A stretch of 44,347 nt of DNA, the filler included, from Bdellovibrionota bacterium (lineage in GTDB: Bacteria; Bdellovibrionota; Bdellovibrionia; Bdellovibrionales; JAEYZS01): assembly GCA_963169515.1 (NCBI GenBank). It is 3 parts of 3 records of this genome, joined end to end, with 100 filler letters (N's around TTAATTAATTAA, not from the genome) between each part and the next. Parts side by side here need not be neighbours in the genome. Positions count along the whole stretch, not along the records: positions 20,988 to 38,257 come from CAUJEF010000170.1; 2 more parts are not named here. The stretch is one strand, 5' to 3'. Shown here piece after piece: positions 27,033 through 36,846 of this stretch (position 1 is its first letter; every line of letters starts with the position of its first letter). The notes under the pieces are model-generated. The model saw nothing but the letters and a program-made list of their open reading frames with translations, ran no database searches and was not told where the DNA came from. Made by a program: the position numbers and the translations under genes.

Positions 27033-28481
27033 CTACAAATTCATTTGTAACACGATTTGAGTTAGTAGGTTTATACCCATTTCTACATTGTTAATGGTTA
27101 TGTATTCGTCCGTCCCGTGAAGCAAAGACACTTCTTCGAGTGAAATCAGAATAGGAATAATTCCATAACATATAAAGCCTTTTTCTCTAAAAAAGCGGCT
27201 GTCAGTTGCTCCAGGGGACAAATATGGAGCCACTCGAGAATTGGGTATAGATGCATGGACCACACCTTTGATGGTTTTAAATAATGGTGTGTTCGCAGTT
27301 GTTTCTGTCGGTTCAGAGTCTGATATACGTTTTGCCTCAATATTATAATATCGACCCATTTTTCGAATATCTTCGAAGATGGCTTGTGAGTTTTCCCCCG
27401 GTAGCAACCGAATATCTAAAATGGCCGAGGCATGGTCTGGTATTACGTTCACGCCATTGGCAGGCGTGCTCAAGGCCGTAACAGCAACCGTGTTTTTTAA
27501 CATCGCATTCATCGTATTGCGCTCAGTAAGTTTATTAATAATAAATTGCTTAAAAACAGGATTGCGCAATCGGCGCAGTAAAAATGAGTTGGGGAAATTA
27601 AAAGACATCGATAATTCATTAAAAAATGGCAGAACCTGGTCAGTAACTTTTACGAAGTTATACTCGCTCATCACTTTTTGAATAAAAGCCATCAAAGAGA
27701 CTGTCGAATAGTGTTTGGGCGGCATACTCGCGTGGCCGCTACTGCCGCTGGCAGTTATTTCAAGGCCCAAAACTCCCTTTTCGGCCACCTGCACATTAAA
27801 GAAACTTTGGCCCTTTGATGGAAAGTTTTGAATCCCGAATCCACCCTCATTAATTACATATTTATAGCCGTTAAAAAGCTCTGGATATTTATCCAATAAA
27901 TATTGAACACCGTACACTCCTCCGCTTTCTTCATCGGGCGCAGCTAAAAACATGATTTTATTTTTCAGTGGAAAATTTTGTCGATTGAGCGCCACCAGTG
28001 TCATCATTTCCATGGCAAGCATACCCTTCATATCTAGCGAACCGCGACCGTAGATACGGCCGTCAACGACTTTTGGATTAAAGGGTGGGTACATCCACGA
28101 ATCAGACGCCTCGACGACGTCCGTGTGCCCCATCAGAATAATTCCCTCTTTGGAATTAACGGGCCCAATCTCAGCGATCAAAGATACTTTGTCCTTGCGC
28201 TCTGGATGAACCACTAAACGAGTTTTTATTTTTTCTTTAGTGAATACGGAATTTAAATAATCGACAACCTTGTTTTCATCTTTGCGGACGGTCGGAATTG
28301 CAAGCAATTTCAATAAATGTGCAACACCCTCTTTATAAAGCGACACAAAATCAATGGTTATGCCGGGGTCTCGAACAGGGTTTGCTTGAATTGTTTCTAC
28401 GTAGGACGGCTTTAAAATCCATCTTGCAACAATGACAAGCGCTAAAAAAAGGTAAATGTGATGTCTTTGTATCTTAGCCAT
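27033..28481 (-). CDS. M20 family metallopeptidase / aminoacylase
   Basis: GHTDVV, YGRGSLDMKG, DEE, NEGG, GATDSRF, HGTDE. Confidence 0.92.
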   Translation of the reverse strand: MAKIQRHHIYLFLALVIVARWILKPSYVETIQANPVRDPGITIDFVSLYKEGVAHLLKLLAIPTVRKDENKVVDYLNSVFTKEKIKTRLVVHPERKDKVSLIAEIGPVNSKEGIILMGHTDVVEASDSWMYPPFNPKVVDGRIYGRGSLDMKGMLAMEMMTLVALNRQNFPLKNKIMFLAAPDEESGGVYGVQYLLDKYPELFNGYKYVINEGGFGIQNFPSKGQSFFNVQVAEKGVLGLEITASGSSGHASMPPKHYSTVSLMAFIQKVMSEYNFVKVTDQVLPFFNELSMSFNFPNSFLLRRLRNPVFKQFIINKLTERNTMNAMLKNTVAVTALSTPANGVNVIPDHASAILDIRLLPGENSQAIFEDIRKMGRYYNIEAKRISDSEPTETTANTPLFKTIKGVVHASIPNSRVAPYLSPGATDSRFFREKGFICYGIIPILISLEEVSLLHGTDEYITINNVEMGINLLTQIVLQMNL

Positions 28482-28487
28482 TAAAAT

Positions 28488-29228
28488 CTAACCCTGGTGG
28501 ATGGATTTTTCTGCAGCTTCTTTGATCAAATGTTCGGCTTCAGACCTACCGAGGAATTCATCAATCACATTGTGTAGGAAATAAATAACCGGGGTCATGC
28601 CGATTGCGATCAAAAGCTTATATGAATAATTCGTCGAAGACACACTGATAAATTCAGTAGTTTGAATTTTTCCAGGTAACCAAAATGCAATGCCCACGAC
28701 ACAAAACGTATCGATCAATTGCGATACAACAGTCGAACCTGTTGCGCGAAGCCACAGCATTTTTCCTTTTGTTTTGTTGCGGAAAAACCAAAATACGGCA
28801 ACGTCAATCAACTGCGACAAACCGAAAGCAACAATACTACCAATAATAATCCACATGGATTGCCCAAATACCAGATTAAAAGTCTCATCGTTTACTGGCG
28901 AAAATGGAGCCGCAGGAACTTTTAACGCCACCCCAATTAAGACGAAAGCGTAAGAAATCATCGCGATTGTGACCAGAGTTAAACGCTTTACACCGTCGCG
29001 GCCAAAGTATTCGTTAATCAAATCTGTCGCAATAAAAACGACGGGCCATGGAATCACGCCGATACTGGCGCCCGGCTGCCCAACACCGGGAAGATTAATT
29101 GGAAGCAAAATTAATTTTACTCCAATAATTTCAGCTAAAATGGCATTTGTAATAAAGAATCCTGACAAAACTAAGAACACGATATCGCGACGAGTTTGAG
29201 ATGCCATAGCGTAAGCGTATTCTGCCAT
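28488..29228 (-). CDS. yhhQ: Queuosine precursor transporter (VUT/YhhQ family)
   Basis: FIATDLINEYFG, SQLIDV, LWLRATGSTVVSQLIDT. Confidence 0.9.
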   Translation of the reverse strand: MAEYAYAMASQTRRDIVFLVLSGFFITNAILAEIIGVKLILLPINLPGVGQPGASIGVIPWPVVFIATDLINEYFGRDGVKRLTLVTIAMISYAFVLIGVALKVPAAPFSPVNDETFNLVFGQSMWIIIGSIVAFGLSQLIDVAVFWFFRNKTKGKMLWLRATGSTVVSQLIDTFCVVGIAFWLPGKIQTTEFISVSSTNYSYKLLIAIGMTPVIYFLHNVIDEFLGRSEAEHLIKEAAEKSIHQG

Positions 29229-29337
29229 TAAAGATTAGGCAACAGGCATCCCTGATGGTCACCATCTGCTTAAAAATTAGATAGAGAGAGGGTCTAAAGT
29301 GTGCTAGGATTTGCGAGCTTTAAACTTATACGAAACT

Positions 29338-29688
29338 GGGGGTGTTCTGGTTTCGACGTGGGTTGAGAAGCTTAAGGAGCATGCCGGGGAGTATGGCCTC
29401 GATAAAAAAATGCAAACTTGTAATTGGCAACGATTACGCACTAGCAGCTTAATTTATTAAGCAGCCGATCCTAAGTTCTGTGATGGCGGGAATTTAAAGG
29501 TCGACATTTAGTCATCTCGGTTGTGTAGGATAACTGATCCAGCAACACAGCTTAAATTTACTGGATGAGTGCTGTTAAGATAGTTTGTTTGTGGACAGTC
29601 TTAACTTCTAACAAACACAAACTAAGCGTGTAGCCCGTCTTAAGTGGACATCTTGCGGACGGGGGTTCGATTCCCCCCACCTCCACCA
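29338..29688 (+). ncRNA. ssrA: tmRNA; tag reading frame GNDYALAA* at 29426-29452
   Basis: 5' GGGGGTG..GGTTTCGAC; 3' GGGGGTTCGATTCCCCC-CACCTCC-ACCA with G3:U acceptor pair; tag ends YALAA. Confidence 0.97.
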
Positions 29689-29721
29689 AATTTCTCGCAC
29701 TTATATTTGAGATGAGATGAC

Positions 29722-29753
29722 CTCCCAAGAAATGAAGCTTGGGAGGCTATTTT
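29722..29753 (+). terminator. Hairpin after tmRNA
   Basis: CCTCCCAAG-N8-CTTGGGAGG followed by T-rich tail. Confidence 0.6.
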
Positions 29754-29937
29754 ATAAAAATCGAGTACTTTTAATGATTTAAACCAATATAAGACCATCC
29801 CACAGGCCTAAGTCCCCCATTACAAAAATATCTTTTAATGCCCATTTAATTCCCATTGGGCATCAGAGACTACATCCTAAGTAAGTATGTAGCGTTTTTT
29901 GTGGACAATCAGATATCTGCGCGTTAGCTCTCAACTT

Positions 29938-30288
29938 ATGAGCAAGCGAACAGAAAAAGTCATTATCAGTCCAGAAGGAAGAATTCTAAAAAAATTGAGA
30001 GAGAAGCATGGCCTATCGATGAAAGAGGCTGGAAAGGCCCTCGGTGTTAGCGACTCTTACATATCTCAGATTGAAAATGGTCGCGCAAACTGTCCAACAG
30101 GCGACCGATTAAAACAGTTCTTGGAATTGTACGGAAAAATTGGAGTCAAATATTTTAATGAGCTTTGTCGAGACTGGGAAAAAGAAAGCACTGACGAAGA
30201 CTTCATAAGGGATAATGTCAGCAAGCTCTCAAGAGATAATCAAAAGCTTTTGAAGGCTATGATGGAAACTATGCTAGCGAGAAAATAG
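29938..30288 (+). CDS. XRE-family HTH transcriptional regulator
   Basis: LKKLREKHGLSMKEAGKALGVSDSYISQIENG. Confidence 0.9.
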   Translation: MSKRTEKVIISPEGRILKKLREKHGLSMKEAGKALGVSDSYISQIENGRANCPTGDRLKQFLELYGKIGVKYFNELCRDWEKESTDEDFIRDNVSKLSRDNQKLLKAMMETMLARK

Positions 30289-30383
30289 GACCATTGTCTA
30301 ACTGTCAATTTTTTCTCTCCTATTTAAGCCACTAAACCTTAATTTTACTCGGCTTTTTTACGATAAGCGATATGTGAGGCACT

Positions 30384-31628
30384 ATGAGTGAGAACCAAAA
30401 TTTTAAAAGCAAAAACCCTAAAAGGAAACTTGCTTACAACGAAGAAAACACAGATGGATGGAAAAAAGAAAAGGATGGCATATTCAAACATCCCACTCAA
30501 AGCATCTATGATGTGAGGGTATATCGCAGAATTAAGGTTGATGCTAACAAACCAGCAAAGCAAATTTTTAAGCGAGCGCGGAACATCCCTAGCCTCTTAC
30601 AAGCTATCCAAAAAAGAAATGAATTATTAGAAGAATTGGCTCAACTAGCTGTCAAATATGAAGGTAAAGTTTTAACTTGGGAAAGAGCGTGTGAAGAATA
30701 TTTTTTGAGGCTTGAAACAAGATACAAGGACAAAAAAATTTCTTTTAATACAATGGACACAACCATCAGCACTCTAAAAAAACATACCGCTATCTGGAAT
30801 AAAAAATGGTTAAGTGATTTCACCAGTGAACAAATAGAAAACTTCATAAATAGTGAAGACTTGAAGAAGAATGAAGAGCAGAAAGTAAAGGCTGCCACCA
30901 GAGCTAATATATTAAAATTTATTAGAGGTGTTTTCAAATTCATGGTTGATAAGGGAAGAATAAAACACAATCCAGCCATGGGTATTTATATTAGAGGAAA
31001 GAAGAAATTAAGCTATCCCATTGTGATGAAGCACAATGAAATGATAAGTCTGATTGAATACACCAAAACAGTAAGTCCAGACTGGTCTGATATATACACG
31101 GTCGCCTACCTAACGGGATGTCGCTCGGGGGAACTGTTTTCAATGAAGTGGGAAAATGTCGATTGGGACAATCGCCTACTTTTTATTAGAGAAAACTATG
31201 ATTGGAAGACAGAAACACATCAACCGACAAAAGGGAAAAAAGATAGGACAATTCCTATTAATTTAGACCTTCTTGAGTGTCTTTTAAGGCTAAGAGGAAA
31301 AAATGGCGAATATATTTTACCAAGACTTAAAGATTGGAAAAATGGCAAAGCCGCCCAAATCATTCGCCAATTTCAAAAAGCGATAAAAATAAGACAAACT
31401 AAGTTTCATGGAATTCGAGGGACTTTTATTACCAATTTATTACTTCAAGGCGTACCCGTAATAAAAGTTCAAGCCATAGCCGGCCATGACGACCTCCATA
31501 CGTCCCTCATGTACGTAGGAATGCTAGCTGAGGAAACTAAGGGTGCTACTGATGCGCTTACTCTTCAACCCCAAGAAAATATTGTTCATCTCAGCGTTGC
31601 TGAAAAAAGAAGAATACCATCTAGATAG
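30384..31628 (+). CDS. Tyrosine recombinase / integrase
   Basis: Catalytic residues in TGCRSGE (R), TKGK (K), HGIR (HxxR), AGH (H) and MYV (Y); HNPA linker. Confidence 0.95.
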   Translation: MSENQNFKSKNPKRKLAYNEENTDGWKKEKDGIFKHPTQSIYDVRVYRRIKVDANKPAKQIFKRARNIPSLLQAIQKRNELLEELAQLAVKYEGKVLTWERACEEYFLRLETRYKDKKISFNTMDTTISTLKKHTAIWNKKWLSDFTSEQIENFINSEDLKKNEEQKVKAATRANILKFIRGVFKFMVDKGRIKHNPAMGIYIRGKKKLSYPIVMKHNEMISLIEYTKTVSPDWSDIYTVAYLTGCRSGELFSMKWENVDWDNRLLFIRENYDWKTETHQPTKGKKDRTIPINLDLLECLLRLRGKNGEYILPRLKDWKNGKAAQIIRQFQKAIKIRQTKFHGIRGTFITNLLLQGVPVIKVQAIAGHDDLHTSLMYVGMLAEETKGATDALTLQPQENIVHLSVAEKRRIPSR

Positions 31629-31629
31629 A

Positions 31630-31908
31630 TTAGACTTCGCCAAATTCGCTCTTAGCAATCTCATCGAAGTTTACTCGATGAAGTGAGCCAATATCAGAAA
31701 ACATTCGAATTATCTTTAGTGGCGGATTGTTCTCAAGGTCTCCATGTAAACTTAAAACAAAATCTTTCAGGGCATCACTATACTCAATCCAACTTTTAGC
31801 TGACTTTCTTAATACCTCCTTAGCTCGATAAAGTGGCTCGTCGTTGTTTAACCACATTTGACAAACCCAAGTTTCTCTATTTTCCCAACCATTATATTTC
31901 GTTTCCAT
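31630..31908 (-). CDS. Small phage-type hypothetical protein
   Basis: AAGGAG RBS; YNGWENRETW...WLNNDEPLY...VNFDEIA resembles a small-protein family I associate with phages. Confidence 0.7.
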   Translation of the reverse strand: METKYNGWENRETWVCQMWLNNDEPLYRAKEVLRKSAKSWIEYSDALKDFVLSLHGDLENNPPLKIIRMFSDIGSLHRVNFDEIAKSEFGEV

Positions 31909-32022
31909 ACTTAACTCCTTCGCCCAAAGGGCATTTTGTTATTGAAGGCCTCGCAAAATGAGCCTTCATTAACTAAATAGGAGTTTTAAGAATGAGTTTT
32001 AAAAAAATATTTTTGATATTTT

Positions 32023-32121
32023 CTATTCAAACTCAATTTTATCAAAAAACTCAGGATAGAGCGCTTCTATTCTTTCAAACTCTTCATCTTGGATAATATT
32101 CTTGTAGTAAATCGCATCCAT
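32023..32121 (-). CDS. 32-aa acidic microprotein (MDAIYYKNIIQDEEFERIEALYPEFFDKIEFE)
   Basis: ATG overlaps the upstream stop (TGATG coupling); below the ORF-track cut-off. Confidence 0.45.
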   Translation of the reverse strand: MDAIYYKNIIQDEEFERIEALYPEFFDKIEFE

Positions 32122-32417
32122 CAATTGTTCATCAACTTTCTTGAGCAGCCTTTGGGGTATTGCTCCTTTAGCAAGGGATAATGAAAAAAATAATAGATAG
32201 GAGTCGGCTTACTATAAGTCCAATATCCATTATTAACGCCAACTTTAGTGAGATAAATTGTATTAACTTCTGAGCCAAAGTAATCTTCTTTGTGTAGTGA
32301 TATACAATATGAACCCCTAACGCTAAAATCAGCAATTTCAGCCTGAGCAAAGCTCTTAAGGAAAAAATCTTTTTTGCTGATTTCATTACACCTATCTAAT
32401 GTATTTATCATCTCCAT
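32121..32417 (-). CDS. Hypothetical protein
   Basis: Start inferred at 32417, 1 nt after the upstream stop, with GGGGT RBS. Confidence 0.55.
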   Translation of the reverse strand: MEMINTLDRCNEISKKDFFLKSFAQAEIADFSVRGSYCISLHKEDYFGSEVNTIYLTKVGVNNGYWTYSKPTPIYYFFHYPLLKEQYPKGCSRKLMNN

Positions 32418-32418
32418 A

Positions 32419-32652
32419 CTACTTACCCCGAACCTTTTTCCTAATTTCTTTAATGTATCCATTAAAGGCTGTGGGTGAATGCTCTAAAATATGGTGTCCA
32501 ATAATTGAGAAGAGCAGATAATCAACATAAGCATCACAGATTTTTTGCTTTCTAGTATTCCTAATTAAGCTCATAAACTGTCGAGCTATAAACTCTTGTG
32601 TGCTGGTATCATTTAACTTAGTTCGTTTTTGTTTTGTTTTAAGTCTATTCAT
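32419..32652 (-). CDS. Small basic hypothetical protein
   Basis: Strong AAAGGAGG RBS before ATG at 32652. Confidence 0.65.
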   Translation of the reverse strand: MNRLKTKQKRTKLNDTSTQEFIARQFMSLIRNTRKQKICDAYVDYLLFSIIGHHILEHSPTAFNGYIKEIRKKVRGK

Positions 32653-33067
32653 ATTTCCTCCTTTACATATTTTAGTTATTGGAAAAATCATTCGCAAATT
32701 TCTAATATATTAAGAATGAACATAAGCGAGCTGATAAAATTTATTTTTATGATTGAGATTTTTTTTAGATAATTAATATTAATTACTATTAAGTTAATAA
32801 TTTTATTGGATTGCGAGGCAAGCTGTAGCCCGCAGAGGCGGAGGCGAAGCCTCGCCATCGCATTATTCTATAAGCGATGGCAATAATAGCATTCATCGCT
32901 AAATATCAATAAAATAAGCAATATATTGATTATTTCCCCTTTCTCTAAATTTTTTTAAAAAAAATGAAAAAGTACTAAAAATTTCTCCATTTACATTTTT
33001 GAGCAAGATTTTTGATTGGCAAAAATCACTCATAACTAAAACGCCCATAGGGCAAAGGAGAAATAGT

Positions 33068-33346
33068 ATGAAGCATTTTATATTAACAAAAGTCCACTCA
33101 TCATCAGTGGCAACCGAACCAAAGGATTTAGAAAAGGGTTTAGGTTTTATCGCTATCTTGGAGTCAGTAAAACGCATAGGAGACAGTGTTGTTCCAGACT
33201 TCATAAAGTGTAAATCAGCTGTCAAATTAGAGGCTGGTGAGCATCTGTTGGAAATAGAGATATTTAATATTGGAAGTCCAAATGGTGGCAAAGTTCAAAC
33301 CTACTACCGCATCCTTCGCAAAGCTGATTTAGGAGGGAAAAAGTAA
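33068..33346 (+). CDS. Small beta-rich protein, possible OB-fold ssDNA-binding accessory
   Basis: AAGGAG RBS; 92 aa; coupled (TAATG) to the FtsK-like gene; function inferred from position and size. Confidence 0.55.
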   Translation: MKHFILTKVHSSSVATEPKDLEKGLGFIAILESVKRIGDSVVPDFIKCKSAVKLEAGEHLLEIEIFNIGSPNGGKVQTYYRILRKADLGGKK

Positions 33347-34623
33347 TGGACCCACTAATCAGTGAACTATTGAAGCACAAGGAAGCCCTTATCGCTGTCA
33401 TTTCAGCGATAGGGGTAACCCTTTTCTACTTCACCTACCAGCTGTATAAATCTCGCAAATATCATCTAAAAGAACTTAAAGCTCTTGGTCTTTATCAAGA
33501 CGAAATGAAAGAGGTGATGAATGAAAAATTAGGAATAAAGGAAAAGCGCATAAGCTCTAAAATAAAAGTCTATTGGAAAGGCAATAAACTTATTTTCTCA
33601 AAGTATAATCGTGCGTTTGGTATCAAAAATTTTGAAAATCTGAAACAGAACTTAGAAACTCTGTTTGGAAAAAAAATAGAACTCATCACGCACGAGAAAC
33701 AGTGGTTTTCCTCGCAGCCTAAGATTATTCTCCATACCGAGGCGTTTCCAGAAACCTTCTTGTTGTCCCAAAGACCTAAGTTAAGTGTTGGCCAGTTGTT
33801 CCTTGGTATAGATGCCTTAAATCGTCCTGTTATTCTTGAGAGTATAAAAGATTTCACCTCAGCATTGCTTATATTAGCTCCTCGCGGTTCTGGCAAATCA
33901 GTGCTTATTAATGGAATGCTTATTTCATTTTTTGAAACTTTAAATGAGCAAGGTCGGAGCGATGAGTATGAGCTGATTATAGCTGATAACAAGGGAACTG
34001 ATTTTATTGATGTCGCAGACAGGTTCAGAGGTGCCTATTACCAACCATTTAACTTGAAGGACCTTCGAGAATTAGTTGGAAGACTGCGACAGCATAAGGC
34101 AGAGGTCGAAGCCACCTTGGAATACCTAAAGGCGCATCGCATTTCTCCGAGGCACTGGGATGAACTTCGCACAAAGAAGACACAATTCCATGTTCCCAAG
34201 AAACTCTTTCTTGTGCTTGATGAAATGAAACAGTATTTCGGCTCGGGAAAACAAGCGCCCAGACTTTCGAAAGAACCTACAGCCGATGAGTTAGAACTAA
34301 AAGAGCGATTTGATTTAACTCGAGAGTTTGGACAAATTGTAAATTGGCTTGTTGAGCAAACAAGGTCGGTAGGCAGCGTAATCTGTGGTGCCTCTCAAAG
34401 TCCTAACAAGAGCGATTACGACTACCCTGATTTTGTCAATTTTCCTGTCATGGTCCTCGGACAATGTAATGCCCAACAAAGCATCCAGCTAATAGGCGAC
34501 GCAAGTCTAAATGATAACACCCTTACTAGGGGTAAGTTCGTAATAAGAGATGAGTTCGGAACACGCAGGTTCCTTGCTCCACTTTCCATCAAAATCAAAG
34601 GGGATGGAAATGGTGTTAGATAA
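33346..34623 (+). CDS. FtsK/SpoIIIE (TcpA-like) membrane-anchored ATPase
   Basis: One N-terminal TM; Walker A APRGSGKS, IIADNKG, Walker B LFLVLDE, R..G...ASQSP, RGKF. Confidence 0.8.
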   Translation: MDPLISELLKHKEALIAVISAIGVTLFYFTYQLYKSRKYHLKELKALGLYQDEMKEVMNEKLGIKEKRISSKIKVYWKGNKLIFSKYNRAFGIKNFENLKQNLETLFGKKIELITHEKQWFSSQPKIILHTEAFPETFLLSQRPKLSVGQLFLGIDALNRPVILESIKDFTSALLILAPRGSGKSVLINGMLISFFETLNEQGRSDEYELIIADNKGTDFIDVADRFRGAYYQPFNLKDLRELVGRLRQHKAEVEATLEYLKAHRISPRHWDELRTKKTQFHVPKKLFLVLDEMKQYFGSGKQAPRLSKEPTADELELKERFDLTREFGQIVNWLVEQTRSVGSVICGASQSPNKSDYDYPDFVNFPVMVLGQCNAQQSIQLIGDASLNDNTLTRGKFVIRDEFGTRRFLAPLSIKIKGDGNGVR

Positions 34624-35482
34624 AGTATTCTGTGGCCTTGATACCATCCATATAACCATAACAAGACCAAGAAGTGTAATTTCATTCTTAGGTGAAAATG
34701 CCGAGCCTGCTGATAAGCTATTTTATGGAATTCTGGATATACTGCTTGGTCGAAACTTCGTTGTCCAAGGTGGTTCAAAGCAATTTGTGAACAATGGGAG
34801 CGAGTATATCCAGAGCAACTCTAGGGAAATATTGGTTCAACTTCGCTCTACTCACCTAATGAGATATGGTAGAGAAAAAGTTGGCGCCATTCTTAAATTT
34901 TTAATCTATATTGGAGTCAATCCAAAATCCAAACGCACCAGAATGATAGGTGCGAATACTGAACGGCAAGATAACTTTTATAAAATCACACGACTCGACT
35001 TCGCAGTAGATTATGAAACACGAATTGACCTAATAAAAATTTTGAATGAGCGAGTTGGATACACCCATTTTTTCAAGGGCATCCATAAGGACTACTTTTA
35101 TCGAGTTATTCACGACAATAAGAGAGCTAGTAAGGATAAAAGAGAACATCGATTTAAAGAATTAAAAATTTTCAATTCTGGATTTGAACTCTCGATATAC
35201 AATAAAAAGGTAGAAATTGCCGAACAAGCCACTGGAGAAAAACTCCAGCTATATCCTCCTGTGTATCGGGACATTCTCATTGAACCACAAAGAAAACTTT
35301 TTAGGGTTGAGTTGCGCTTTTTTCGCTCTCGTAGCATTGCCTTTAATCACCTTAGTGCCGATGAACTTTTTGATTTGCCCGCTAAAGAGTTAAACAAATT
35401 CGGCCAATCCACACAGTTATTAAAAAGAAAAAATCAAAAACATTTTGCCAGCACTCTTTTTTGGCGACTTTTCGCCATTTAA
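34610..35482 (+). CDS. Rep_trans (PF02486)-like rolling-circle initiator / MOB_T-like relaxase
   Basis: GLDTIHIT, ITRLDFAVD, IYNKK (putative catalytic Tyr), FRVELRF; overlaps the ATPase gene end. Confidence 0.75.
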   Translation: MVLDKVFCGLDTIHITITRPRSVISFLGENAEPADKLFYGILDILLGRNFVVQGGSKQFVNNGSEYIQSNSREILVQLRSTHLMRYGREKVGAILKFLIYIGVNPKSKRTRMIGANTERQDNFYKITRLDFAVDYETRIDLIKILNERVGYTHFFKGIHKDYFYRVIHDNKRASKDKREHRFKELKIFNSGFELSIYNKKVEIAEQATGEKLQLYPPVYRDILIEPQRKLFRVELRFFRSRSIAFNHLSADELFDLPAKELNKFGQSTQLLKRKNQKHFASTLFWRLFAI

Positions 35483-35511
35483 ATTTCCATTTAAAAAATG
35501 GAGGAAAATTT

Positions 35512-35742
35512 ATGGACACAAATTTTAGAAGCATTCAGCAAATTGGAGAAAAATCAGTGGCTCATCTTAACGAGCAAATAAAAAACATTGATTGGAACAA
35601 GAAGTGGCAAACAGATTACCAAAAAACTAACAGGACAAAGCAGGAATTAGAGGCGCTCAGCAAACCAGAGGTTAAAGAAGCATTGAAAGAGGTCTTCAGC
35701 GAGCAATCACTGGTGATAACCAGACTTGGTGAGGTGTTTTAA
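35512..35742 (+). CDS. Small hypothetical protein
   Basis: GGAGG RBS; coupled to the next ORF. Confidence 0.6.
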   Translation: MDTNFRSIQQIGEKSVAHLNEQIKNIDWNKKWQTDYQKTNRTKQELEALSKPEVKEALKEVFSEQSLVITRLGEVF

Positions 35743-36272
35743 TGAAAGCTGTTAGGATTACTGAATTGGACCAGGTTAAGGAGTTTCCAGTAGGATACAT
35801 AGTCAAAGCAGATGGAAGTGATGAGATGGTAGGATGTTGCCCAAAATCGTTTTTTAACTTTTTTTCCCTTCTTAATGCGATAGATGAACAGAATTCCTCT
35901 TTTTTGTTTTGGCTAAAGGCTGAACTCCAAGAAGATGATAAGACATTGATAACACCATTCCAAGGCATAGAGGCATTTCTTAAAAATCCAATATTTGAAA
36001 AATTGGAATGTAATGGAGGTTTAGTCTACGACCATAATTTGCCCACATTTCTTTTTATGTTGGCTGATGGATGGGTTTTGCTCCCATTCCTTGTAAGCAA
36101 TGGCAAGGGTCAGCCACTCCATTGTGAAGTTTACTATGTGCGTGAAGGCAAATTATTTTGTAATGGCGTGGAAATATCCACGCAAGCATTCGCGCAAAAA
36201 CTTTTTTGTGATGAACAAAATCGCTTCATCATAGGTAAAGTAAAAAGGGGTGAGGATTACTCCTCACCCTGA
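35742..36272 (+). CDS. Hypothetical protein
   Basis: GAGGTG RBS, TAATG overlap, 176 aa. Confidence 0.65.
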   Translation: MKAVRITELDQVKEFPVGYIVKADGSDEMVGCCPKSFFNFFSLLNAIDEQNSSFLFWLKAELQEDDKTLITPFQGIEAFLKNPIFEKLECNGGLVYDHNLPTFLFMLADGWVLLPFLVSNGKGQPLHCEVYYVREGKLFCNGVEISTQAFAQKLFCDEQNRFIIGKVKRGEDYSSP

Positions 36273-36442
36273 TTTTCAAGTACTTTTAGTAAATACTTGA
36301 TTGAGATTGAAATAGCAGAGCCTGAATTGAGATAAACCAAAATGTTTGTACCATTTTTAGTTTTTCTCACCTTGTGAAAAGGCACGAAGGCCAAACCGCG
36401 GTTCATTTTCTCGTTCTGAATTTCTTGTTTTACTTTTGCCAT
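36257..36442 (-). CDS. Small basic hypothetical protein (61 aa)
   Basis: AAAGGA RBS upstream of ATG. Confidence 0.55.
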   Translation of the reverse strand: MAKVKQEIQNEKMNRGLAFVPFHKVRKTKNGTNILVYLNSGSAISISIKYLLKVLENQGEE

Positions 36443-36846
36443 AAAATTTCCTTTCGTTTTATTGTTTCAACCCACTTTGGGGTTTTCACAAATTGCTGAA
36501 ACCCAAGTGGCGTTAGAAACTAGGGGCAATCAGCCGAAAAATCCTTTTAGAATTGAAAAGGGCGACTGGCATAACCGATGACAACAAGTTGGCGGTGGTT
36601 AGTGAATAAGGATGTCCCCAATCGGTCGGCTGATTGACACGGCAGAAAGGGCGCTATGGCAAATGAAACGACTTATGACTACTTACTAGATGTGGGTATG
36701 TTCTTTTTTTCAGGGCTTAGAAGTCGACTAAGCATTTTAGCTATTGGGATTAAGACCTAAGGCTTGGCGATTATAGTCTTAACTTTTGTCATTAACTTAC
36801 CGAAGAGTCGAGCATCCTAGATTGTTTCTAGTTTGGTGTGGGTATA

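Noticed and set aside
29660..29700. att direct repeat of the ssrA 3' end
   Set aside because: No second copy seen in the window; it probably lies beyond the contig break.
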